DNA of 62,860 nucleotides, from NCBI RefSeq assembly GCF_001194135.2, contig NC_068990.1, positions 81,882,098-81,944,957 on the forward strand. Reading direction: 5' to 3'. This stretch comes from Octopus bimaculoides (taxonomy: Eukaryota). Under the pieces are notes generated by a model, which had not been told where the DNA came from, searched no databases, and saw nothing but the letters and a program-made list of their open reading frames with translations. How positions within the stretch are numbered: the first letter of the stretch is position 1; every line of letters begins with the position of its first letter. Positions 12,700 through 23,792 of this stretch are shown here, one piece after another. The translations under genes were made by a program, and so were the position numbers.

Positions 12700-12940
12700 T
12701 TAGTGTCTCTTTGTCTTGATCAAGCATGGTGGTTGTAAATGAGCGTTATTGCCACACAAGCGGTATGCTTCCAGTTTTCCGTGCGGACATATCTGGTCAT
12801 GAGGACATATTACCTTACTTGGAATTTTATTGAGTGTTGACAACAGCAAGATCATCCATCTGTAGAAAATCTCTTTTCACATATTCCAACTGATCTATGC
12901 ATGCATGGAAAGTGAAGGCTAAAAAATGCCGATGATGCTG
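12700..12940 (+). mobile_element. 3' module of an RTE-tailed SINE (degenerate); reverse-oriented relative at 34930-35160
   Basis: ttgtaaatgagcgttattgccacacaagcgg...ttacttggaa...catccatctgtagaaaatc...atgcatggaaagtg...gatgatg. Confidence 0.7.
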
Positions 12941-13044
12941 TATCTATATTACATGTGTATATATATATATACAATCACACACACACACACACACACAAAG
13001 TAGGCGAGAGCAGTGTGATACATGTATATAGTTACACACACACA

Positions 13045-13096
<52 letters not shown>

Positions 13097-13561
13097 TTAT
13101 ATATGTACAGACACATACACACATACTCATATGGGTATGTATATGATGCATACTTATGTGTATCATGCATATGTTGTGCATTTCTTATATACATACATGT
13201 ATATATTTCATGCTTATAATGCATACAAATATATCGTAGACCATATATTTTACATGAAGATACTTTATTTAAATAAATATATATAAAGTGTACAAATATA
13301 TATATATGATGATGATGATGATGATGATATGCGTGTGTGTGAGTGTAAACAATGTGTATGAAATTTAGAAGTACTTCATGATGTGTGTGTGTGTATGTGT
13401 CTTTGTGCCTATGCTTTCAACTAATGAGCAAAACTTGAATTTCTTTTATGGTCAATTTCATTTTCACATTAAATTTGACTCTTAACTTCACTTAAAGTTG
13501 CTTATATTTTTTAATGTGTTTCAAAATATAAACTGCATTTCGAGTGAACAAGTCTGAGTAG

Positions 13562-13861
13562 TGTACTTATTCTATCAGTCTCTTTCTTTTGGCAAACCAC
13601 TATGTTACAGGGATGTAAACACACCAACACCAGTTGTCAAGCAGAAGTTGGGTGACAAACACAAAGACAGACAAACACACACACATGCACATTTATATAT
13701 GAAGGGATGGGAGCCTCTTTCAGTTTCTGTCTACCAAATTCACTCAGGAGCCATTGGTCAGTCCAAGGCTGTAGTAGAAGAGACTTGCCAAGTGACACAA
13801 TGGGATTGAACCCAGGCTCAGTGTGGCTGGGAAGCAAACTTCTTACCATGCCACCCCCATA
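13562..13861 (-). mobile_element. SINE family A
   Basis: gtacttattctatcagtctc...gtaaacacaccaacaccagttgtcaagc...cagtttctgtctaccaaattcactca...gtagtagaagagacttgcc. Confidence 0.88.
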
Positions 13862-13930
13862 CATATATCATCATCATTTAATGTCCATTGTCCATGGCTT
13901 GATATATGTATGCAGACATAATTACACATT

Positions 13931-13963
<33 letters not shown>

Positions 13964-14606
13964 TATATATATATATATATATATACATACATATGAATGA
14001 ATGTGTATGTGTGTACATGTGCACATATATAGATATACAGAGAAAGAGGGAGACGTGTGTATCGGTATATATTTATATGTGTGCATGTATGGTTTTGTTT
14101 GTATACTTGTATGCTTATGTATAAATGTGTGTGTGTACAGACAGTTATTTCAAACTAACTATGAGGAAAAACTATGATGTGAAGTAGTGTTTTATAATCC
14201 ATTTTTCTTTCCCCCGAACACTATGGTTATAAAGATCACATAGGGCACATAGAATAAAGAATAGATACCTGAATTTGATTTTGTATAAAATATTTGTATA
14301 ACTTTATGTATGTGTGTGAATATATATGTATGTAGGTTTACATATATACATATATATACACTGAGGGGTGGGGAATTCTTTGGACACTGTTGTTCATTTT
14401 CCTTAGAGTTTTTCTTACTATCATATATCTGTCTATATATATATATATATATATATACTGCCCCCCCCCATATGCATATTTATATATGTATATACACACG
14501 CACATGTTTACGTGTTTTTGTTACTATCATATATTTGTCTATATATATATATATATATATATATGCATGTGTAAACATACATGTGTGTATATATATTATC
14601 TTTGTG

Positions 14607-14640
<34 letters not shown>

Positions 14641-14646
<6 letters not shown>

Positions 14647-14852
14647 TGGCCTTTTAAATCAAAATTCTATAAATACTATCTGTAATTCTGTATTGACTCG
14701 AATGGAAAAATGTGTCGCTCAAGGACTTCAGTTTGAACAAAATTCATGTTTCATACTTAAATGTTTTTATTAAATTTATTCAGTTGTTAAACACATAAAT
14801 CTTGGAATTAAATGGTTTTGATTTACTGTCAGGTGACTTTTGGCCAACCCTG
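14641..14852 (+). mobile_element. Internally deleted Tc1/mariner element (MITE-size)
   Basis: Termini agggttggcc...ggccaaccctg|ta lie in TA context. The interior encodes TRMEKCVAQGLQFEQ, resembling a Tc1-type transposase C-terminus. Confidence 0.8.
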
Positions 14853-16110
14853 TATGTATATATATGTATATATATCATATATACTGCACTATATTTTTTC
14901 ATGTTGTGAATGAGAGAATTCAGTGTCCAGGTACAATACAATTTACAGTAATTTAGTTGCATAAAAATACATCTCAAATTTTACTTAAATATGAACAATT
15001 TCTTACGTATGCAGCCACATATATAAAATATGTATGATTTTGATACCTGCACAGTCATACAATGCTCATCAATTTCATAAAAGTATATTCATGTCATGAA
15101 AAGATTATCTCCATTTCTCTATGTATGCCTCTCTCTCTCTCTCTGTATGTATATGTATATATTTTCATATACACATATACACATATACATACAGGGGAAG
15201 AGACATTCACATACACATATTCATACAAGCATACATACATATATATCTTTGTGTGAACATGCGAGCATACACACATACACTCAGATACCTACAAGCAACA
15301 AATTTAGTTGGCTGAACTTTCCTGATGCCAGTTACTTCAGTAAAGTGAATGCTAAGTTACTGTTTTCTGTTAACAACCCCTTTACCATTCTCTAACTTCT
15401 TTATAATATGTGCTTCTTTAGCTTTCTATACACTGTACCAAAATCTTACCTCTCTGCTGCTACTGTTGCTGCTGATACGGTCCCTTTTGGATGGTTGGCA
15501 GACTGGATACTTAGATGATGGGTATAGTTTCTCCTTTACAGCCCTGCTGTGGGGATCTGCATTTAGTAACTAGTCAGTACTGAAGAAATATTTCCATGGT
15601 AACCAGAGAAAATGACAATTTCATGCAGCTGGTCTTAGACCTCAACCAATGATAAAGCTTCTTCTAAGTTGTGGTGAAGTCTTTGTATCATCAAAGTGGA
15701 ATGAAATCTTACCCCAGTCATGCTGCCTCATTCATTTTCAGTTGTGTGTGTGTGTTTCCTCCTGCCAACTTGGAAATAATGTGTTATTCTTCAATCACTA
15801 AAAAACATGCATTCTAGTAGGATTTAGCACTTTCTGTCTTTTTTTTTTTTGTATTATTTTTGTACATAGAAAATATAAATATAGATACATCTATATATAT
15901 ATCCATATCATATATAATAACAACAATAATAATAAATTGTCATTTTGTGGCAGTGGTTTTGTGACAAGCAACTACTAGAGGTGATTCAATGTGACTGCTA
16001 CACCACACTATTCTAGCAGTAGTGTGAAGTCAGGATTTTACCTTGCTTGTAGTACTACTTCACTGTCATCACTACCTCTGTTTTCTTCCTCTGCTGTATC
16101 AATTATTATC

Positions 16111-16489
16111 ATGGAGGAGAAGCGAGCGTACAGGCTCAGTCTCCATTCTTTAATGATAATAATTATTATTACAGTTGACTTAATGGCTATTGCTGATGCT
16201 TCACTTCCATCTGCACCTACGAAACTTACAATATCGCACATTGAATCTGAATCGGTTCAATTATCATGGGATAAAGCTAATACAGGAGATGTGTTATCAT
16301 ACATTATATTATATCGGCCATACAAAAGCAACAGGGAATTCAAGGAGATAGGTGATGTTAAAAAAACCAGGGGATATATAGTACATCCGCTCAAACCAAA
16401 CACCAGGTATGAATTTAAAGTTTTGGCCAAAAATAAAAATGGACATGGTCCTTCAAGTGAATCAGTATTGGGATTAACTGGCCCCACTG
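16111..16489 (+). CDS. Coding exon: signal peptide + one FN3 domain, similar to FN3 repeat 1 of LAR/PTPRD/PTPRS-type receptor tyrosine phosphatases; gene continues by splicing (phase-1 intron)
   Basis: ATG at 16111 is in a strong context (atcATGG), with an in-frame stop upstream at 15982. MEEKRAYRLSLHSLMIIIIITVDLMAIADA has a basic n-region, hydrophobic core and A-D-A cleavage motif. It is followed by LPSAPTKL...SVQLSW...YIILYRP...FKEI...LKPNTRYEFKVLAKNKNGHGPSSESV...TG, which carries the FN3 hallmarks (W of strand B, Y of strand C, L-x-P-x-T-x-Y-E-F-x-V-x-A-x-N-x-x-G-x-G-P-x-S). Donor ACTG|GTTAGT at 16489/16490; the ORF stops one codon into the intron. FN3 identity is confident; the LAR assignment is from remembered family pattern. 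Confidence 0.9.
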
Positions 16490-17294
16490 GTTAGTATGTA
16501 TTGTTTAAATTTTTTGTTTAATTTTTTTTTCTTTTGTTTTGTTTTAACATATCACAACATTCCTATAGAAATGGTTTACCTAGCTTACAAACACACAGGT
16601 GCACACACACACACATGCTCACTCACAGATACATCTCAAATCTTTATTGATTTTTGTTTGCTTTTTTCTTCAAGAGTTTCTGCATAAGCTATGTGGATCC
16701 CTCTCTCCCAAACCTTTCCCTACTGCTACCACATGTATTCTAATAAATAGATTGATGCTTGTCATTTGTTATTTTTATTATTATTATGAAAATGTTAGAA
16801 ATCTTCAATATATTTTCATTATGTTGGTATTGTGACAATAAAAGATTGTTATTGTGAAAAGAATATATAAAACCATCATCAACAACATCATCGTTCCCCA
16901 TACGCGGTTATAAATAATAAGACACGAAGAAAAGTTAGCTTTGTTGGTGATAAATATATCTTTGTTTCACACACGCAAAGTCTGGTTCTTAACTTTCATT
17001 TCAGGTTTTGCTATAATTTTATTTTTTCTGTATTCACCTGAAATCATGGGTGTTTATTTTTATTTCAAAAATTTGTATAAGGTTTATTCCTTCAAACACT
17101 CCCCTCTTTCCCCTTTTAGGTAATTAAGTAAAAAGTTAGGAATAGCTAAACGCTCATCCTGTATATCACCTTTTGGGGAGGAATTCTTGTGTATTTTGTT
17201 CTGTGTGCTGTGCGAAAGATTGGATTTTTTTTTCCTGTAAGATTGTATGTTGGTGTAGTTTAGTTTCAGTTGGGCCCCTAATTAAGTAAACTAT

Positions 17295-17435
17295 AATCAA
17301 AAGTATTCCAACCACGACCATTCTGTTTTTTTGTTTTTTTTACCTGAGAGCATGGTATGTGATCTGAGGGAAATCTGTTTGCTATCTCTAGCATGTTAAG
17401 TGACTATATGAAGTTTCCATTGTTGATTTGTTCAC
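17295..17435 (+). mobile_element. Interspersed repeat family D fragment (core gatttggctgctatttctagca); other copies ~18960-19130, 21600-21700, 22480-22640, 24185-24245(-), 32920-33030, 37435-37530(-), 59040-59170
   Basis: Recurring block attccaaccatgacc...cattatccaatgtgtcc...gagggagatttggctgctatttctagca, seen in at least 7 diverged copies. Confidence 0.75.
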
Positions 17436-17744
17436 AGTGTGTGTGCCTTAGTAGGCAGTGATTTGTTTTGTTAAAAATCATTTACATCTCTCCCTTAACT
17501 TGATAAAACATCTAAAGCTTTAATTTTTAATTGTTCAGTTTGCTAACTAAATCAATGGAACTCTCGAAATCATCATATGAAGTTACATTTCCTTTTTTTT
17601 TCTTTTAGTATTAGTCATTTCAGCTCTTTGTGTATGTGTGTGTATGCACACACATGCGCACATATAAATCTACATGTGTGTGTGTGTGTATTACCTGCCT
17701 TTTATTGCTGCTAGTAAAATTTTTTTTGTTGCTGCAATCTGCTA

Positions 17745-17905
17745 GGATTGTTAGAACATCAGGAAAATGCCTGGCGGTATTTCTACTGGTTCTTTATTTT
17801 TGAGTTCTAGTCCTGTTCAGGTCAACTTTGCCAATTAACAAGGCCAATGGTATTGGTTTACCCCTCCCTTCAGAATTTTCTAACCTTGTGCCTAAATTAA
17901 AAGCT
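17745..17905 (+). mobile_element. SINE family B (degenerate); other copies ~18725-18895, 20945-21040, 27610-27760, 31330-31450(-), 36440-36625, 39295-39505, 46505-46690(-), 47240-47390(-)
   Basis: gaattgttagcac...aaaatgc...gagttc...gactttgcctttcatcc...gataaaataagtaccagtt motif chain. Confidence 0.8.
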
Positions 17906-17967
17906 ATTATATTAGTATTATGCTGGTGGATTGGTAGAATTAGTAGTGTCAGAAAAAAAACGACAGC

Positions 17968-18193
17968 TCCTTTGTTACTATATTTTTGTTGAAATACACT
18001 ACTGATACTTTAATTAATTTTTGGGGAAAAAATGAAGAATCGAATTTTACACTTTTATCATTTTTTTTTAAGCTGATGTTTAGAACATAAATTTATTTGA
18101 ATTCTTTTTATGGAAGGTTTTATTCAGATTACTTTAAAACGAAGATTGTATCACAAAACCTGGGTGGTGTCAGGTAGGTTGGTATCAAAAGAG
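17968..18193. mobile_element. TTAA-target (piggyBac-like) MITE, family 2
   Basis: Starts ctcctttgttacta and ends tggtatcaaaagag|ttaa (imperfect TIR). Homologous to 30505-30733, ~36900-37146 and ~40679-40870. Confidence 0.75.
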
Positions 18194-19357
18194 TTAACAT
18201 TCCCTATGTATTTATTAGACATTGCCTCAAGAAGACAGTCGAATTTAATAGAGAGCAGTATATATATATATATATAGACAGTATAATTATATTACTTTAA
18301 AACACTTTTTGGAATAACAGTTGAGCTTTACTGTTGATGTGACTGTATATTGATAGTAGAGTCAAATATATTGTGAAGATCTAGATGGCTTGAACTAGGC
18401 AAAACTTGAAGTCCCAATCAACTTGATAAGCAGTATATATTAATTCCTAGTTATAAATTTCCCAAAGTGATCAAAAAGCCTTTTTCTTTCAATGCAATTT
18501 GATCTGAACTATCCATTGTATCTTTTTATTAGTTGCTTCGGTGTAGTATGAGATTTAGCTGCTATTACTAATATGCAGAGTGGTCAGCTATTACTTTTCT
18601 ACATTATACTATTACATCTTGAAATATTGTTGACAGTAGCTCATCTCACTAAAAAGCTTTTATAATATCCGCAGTGGATAAAATAAAAGAAAAAATAATA
18701 ATAATTTCCTGAAGCATAAAACTGGAAGAATCATTAGTGTCAGAGCTTTGCAGTATTCGTTCTGGCTCTTTACATTCTGAGTTCAAACTCCACTGCCATC
18801 AACTTTGTCTTTCATCCTTCTGGGGTCAATAAAGTTGAGTATCAGTCAACTAATTCACCTTCCCTCAAAATTGCTGCATGAGCCTAAATTAGAACCCATG
18901 TTCGATCTGTGTGTTGACACAGAAGACATGTTGCAGTGTTGTTGATTCAGACCTGATGGAGGAGACTTACGATCGAAAGCATTCCAACCTGTACTATCTC
19001 AACGTAGGACTACGTTATCCAAAATTTGTTGTTTCCATTTCTTAAGATAGGTAGTGGTTTTGAGGGGGGGTATTTGGCTGTTATTTCTAGCATGTTGTGC
19101 AACCACATAGAGGCACTCTGGCTTCTCTCAATACAGAATTGGTGCCTGAAATAAATAAGGATCATTCTCTAGCAAATGTAATGATAAAAATAGTGTGTGT
19201 GTGTGTGTGTGTCTGTCTGTGTGTGTGTCTGTGTGCGTATGTCTCTGTGTGTGTGTGTGTATGAGAGAGAGAGGAAGGGGGAAGGTAAATTGTGTATATG
19301 TCAGTAAATACTTGCTGAAGTTAAAATCATTTATAGTTTTGATGTTACTGGAACATT

Positions 19358-19510
19358 GATGTGTGTGTTTGAGTGTGTGAATACCTGCCCTGTGTGTGTG
19401 TTTGAGTGTATACCTGCTCTGTGTGTGTGTGTGTTTGAGTGTGTGAATACCTGCCATGTGTGTGTGTGTGTGTTTGAGTGTGTGAATACCTGCCCTGTGT
19501 GCCTGTGTGT
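19358..19510. repeat. Minisatellite, 4 copies of ~30-38 bp (gtgtttgagtgtgtgaatacctgccctgtgt)
   Basis: Directly visible tandem units embedded in (GT)n. Confidence 0.92.
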
Positions 19511-19678
19511 TCCTTATCTCTAGTTATCATTTCTGGCAGTTACCAAATGTTTCACTTTTCACTGTTAGTGATAGCTAGAAGTAGTATCTTCATCAGTGCT
19601 TTTCCTTCCTTTAGGAATTTCACTGCTGCTCTCTCACTATATCAACTGAGTCACCAGCCTGTGAAGGCAATCTGAAGA

Positions 19679-19729
<51 letters not shown>

Positions 19730-20075
19730 NNNNNNNNNNNNNNNNNNNNNNNNNNNNNNNNNNNNNNNNNNNNNNNNNNNNNNNNNNNNNNNNNNNNNNN
19801 NNNNNNNNNNNNNNNNNNNNNNNNNNNNNNNNNNNNNNNNNNNNNNNNNNNNNNNNNNNNNNNNNNNNNNNNNNNNNNNNNNNNNNNNNNNNNNNNNNNN
19901 NNNNNNNNNNNNNNNNNNNNNNNNNNNNNNNNNNNNNNNNNNNNNNNNNNNNNNNNNNNNNNNNNNNNNNNNNNNNNNNNNNNNNNNNNNNNNNNNNNNN
20001 NNNNNNNNNNNNNNNNNNNNNNAAATTGATAAACCTTTACCCTTTTAATTTGTAATAATTATATATATATATATA

Positions 20076-20473
20076 TACTCGTTTACTCTTTTACTTGTTT
20101 CAGTCATTTGACTGTGGCCATGCTGGAGCACCGCCTTTAGTCGAGCAAATCGACCCCAGGACTTATTCTTTGGATGCCTAGTACCTATTCTATCGGTCTC
20201 TTTTGCCGAACCACTAAGTTATGGTGACGTAAACACACCACCATCGGTTGTCAAGCGATGTTGAGGGGACAAACACAGACACACAGACATACATATATAT
20301 ATATATACATATATACGACAGGCCTCTTTCAGTTTCCGTCTACCAAATCCCCTCACAAGGCTTTGGTCGGCCCTACCAAAAGACACTTGCCCATGGTGCC
20401 ACGCAGTGGGAATGAACCCAGAACCATGTTGTTGGTTGCAAGCTACTTACCACACAGCCACCCCTGCGCCTAT
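20076..20473 (-). mobile_element. Full-length young SINE family A
   Basis: From tactcgtttactcttttacttgtttcagtc to cacagccacccctgcgcctat; nearly identical to 34520-34913 apart from a small internal deletion. Confidence 0.95.
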
Positions 20474-22280
20474 ATATATAATGTGTGTGTGTGTGTTTGT
20501 TCACATGTATACACAGTGTATTTTGACTTCAGGAAAGTATCTTTTGTAGCATATTGCCATATCTTTTGAATGTTAGGTGAGAAAATACTTTAATGAAATA
20601 TTTACAAAAGAACTAAATTCATCTTCTTGCCCTCCTTACTTTGTGGTGAGGGTGGTGCTGAACATGTTAGGGGTGGTGATGGTTCTGGTTGGCAGTGATG
20701 TTGGATGCAGCTGAATGGTTGCAGACACATGTATGTTTTTGTGTGAAAAGTATTGGGTGCTTGATGTTCAAAATTTTGTAACTATATTTTTACAATTATA
20801 TTTGAAATCAGCAGGACTGAGCCAATGAAGGAACCTCTACAAGGTTACTTTATCTGCTGGAAATACCAGTTAAATCTCCCTCATATCACTCAGGCAGTGG
20901 ATTGGCCAAAGCAAAATTTCTTTCCTATTTAGGAACAGTTGCTTACATTCCAAGTCAAATCTTTCTGAAGTCAACCTGTGTTTCATCTCCTGGAGATTGA
21001 TAAAATAAAGTACCAGTTAAATACTGGTGTTAATTTAAAATATTCCTATCATGCATCCCAGTTGTGAATGTAATTATAATAGCTGAAGACCATACTTGTC
21101 TTAAAACAATAAAATAAAAAAGACGCACAGATTAATGTAGTACTAGATAGACTATGTCTGAAATAAATGATGCTATGGTCATGTTTGAATGTCTTTGATC
21201 AGGAATTTAAATAAAAACTACAATCAATAGAATGATTTATCCTGTTTGTTGTTTTGTTTTGCTTCTCTTAAGAAAATTAATAAATCTTTAGGTTTAAGTT
21301 TTATTTCATAAGGTTTTGTTCCAGTGTTTAGTTCCAGTTAGTGCTGTAACATGGCATTTTAAGAAATAGCTATAGTTGAAAATTTTGTGAGAGTGTGTAT
21401 GTGCATGCATACTGAATGATTGTAATGTGTGTGTGTGTGTGTCCATGTACATGTTAACTGTTTGTATCTGTGTGTACATTATGGTTTGTGTTGTATGTTT
21501 GGATGTATGCATACATGGTGCTAATTAACTGAAGCTAAACATAATGTTGATGTTTAGCTTCAGGTCGGTCTTTTTAGATTCCTCTTGGCCTGCAACACCA
21601 AATAGCGTCCTTTTCTTTTTTTCAAGGCAGTAAGATGTAATTTGAGGAAGATTTGGCTGGTGCTATTTTTACAACTTGGGCAACCATGTTAAGAGGATCC
21701 ATCAGAGTATGTGTGTACATGCCTCTCAGTTTCCTGCATTGTGTCTCAGTTTAGATCTTGTCATGTCTGTCCATTTAATGCTTGTATCCACATTTTTTCT
21801 TGTGGCTTGTATGTACCATACCTTCATCATATATTTTTTCCAAAATTAAAAAAAATCCATTATTTTAACTTGATGAAAGCTCAAAAGGAATTAACGATTA
21901 TGCATTATTAGTGGGAAAAGAAAATGTGGCATCTATGTTAGAATCAAAATTAATTAACATTGTTACTTGGCTGCTTCTTATTTTATTGATACCAGAAGGC
22001 TTGATGGCAAATATGCTATAGTAGGACTTGAACTCTGAATGTAAAAGGTTGAAAGTAAATCAGCAATGCATTTTGTTCTCTTCTGTACCTATATCCTGAA
22101 CTTTGGTCATTGGTGTAAGCTACTCCTTGGCTCATTCATGATCAACCAACAACATGGTTATGGTTGCTTGATCTGTAAGAATAATAAAGAATGCTTCCTG
22201 AAGTCCCACTCTATTATCTTATAATGGGAAGGGCACTTTGGATAACTGTAGTACCTGATAGATTAGCTAAACAAAACAAA

Positions 22281-22318
<38 letters not shown>

Positions 22319-23757
22319 CAATTTGGTGATTATGACAGAAATACTGTCTGCTCCATCAGGGCTGACCCGGGTTAAACAGCTGTATATTTTAAAGTAAGCT
22401 TTGGTCATTTCAGTTGCACAATTTATTTTTCAACTTTTGTTTGCATTTTCAGTTTAGCCTGAAATTAGTTGTAATTAAGCAGACCCCATGATCAAAAGCA
22501 CTGGAGCAATAGCCATTCCATCTTATTTTCAGAATGTACACAATGCAACAGTAACATCCACCTCTCTATTTTTTTAAGGCATTGGGTATGGCCTGAAGGA
22601 AATTTGGCTGTTGTTTCTTACAGGCCTATCACCTTGATAGAAGGGTTTTTTTTTTTGTTGGCATGTTTTAGTTTCTTTTTATTGAAGTAACAATGTTTTT
22701 TTAAATTTAATTAGACACTGTTATTTCATCCATCACATTTTGAATGACTTATAGTTCATTCACAGTGTGATTTCAAATTTATTATGCAGTATTTCCCTTT
22801 GTGTATGTTTGTGTGTGTGCATATGTAAATGTATTTATGTTTCTGTGTATACTTCAGGATTCCAATTTTTACTGTGTTCGGAAACATTTTAGTGACCCAA
22901 TGAGTTTTGCTTCTAGTTTTGTATGGAGTCAACAGTTGGTTCTGTTTGATAACATATTAACATGTATGAGGGATATTTTAAAGAGATGAGGGCTATATTA
23001 TATTAAAGGAAGTACCCATTGAAATGGTGTTGTGTGTATGCACATATATGCCTGTGTGTATGTATATATGTATCTATCTATCTATCTATTTATATATATA
23101 TAAATGTATATATATTTACATACATATTTGCATACATACGTATGCATAGTGTAAGGTATTTATATTTTCAGGTTGCAATATATATGTTTATATGGAAAGA
23201 TTTTATGGTGACAGACGGTTGTATAGATGTAGTGTACTTTTTTTTTATAAAATAAAAATAACTAGATTATGTCATCTTCAGTGGTTTTTTTGGGGTATTT
23301 TTTTTCAATTTGTTTTTAACAGATTACAACTACTGCTTCTACTGTTGCTACTGCTGCTTCTAGGTTTTGTTTCTTATAGATTGTTTCAGCTGCTTGCTTA
23401 TTAATTACTTTTTTCTTTTTTTTTTTTTTGTTTGTCATATATGGGGGCAAGGGATTACCAAAAAAAAAATCAATTGAAGTTAATTACAGAAACAATAGAG
23501 GATTGCCTGAGTATTTTAATGATTTTGTCTTCAAACCAAGAATTAGCTGCCACAGCAACTTTTATGATGCTGCACACTTGAAATTACTAACTCCAAGGGA
23601 AATCAATGGAAACAAGTATCCCTTTCCCCCATCATTTTTCCCCTATTATAACAGATGGTTATTAAGATTTCCCAGGAACAATAGACTTATATTAGTAGTC
23701 GTTCTCTCTAAATCTGTCTCTAATTCTCTCTGTTGTTTCCTCTCTCTTTTTCTCTGT

Positions 23758-23792
<35 letters not shown>

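Noticed and set aside
15991-16110. N-terminal extension of the FN3 ORF from GTG 15991, and the acceptor at 16052/16053
   Set aside because: The extension is Ser-rich low-complexity sequence from a non-ATG start. The 16053 acceptor is phase 2, unlike the phase-1 junction expected before an FN3 module. More likely 5' UTR.
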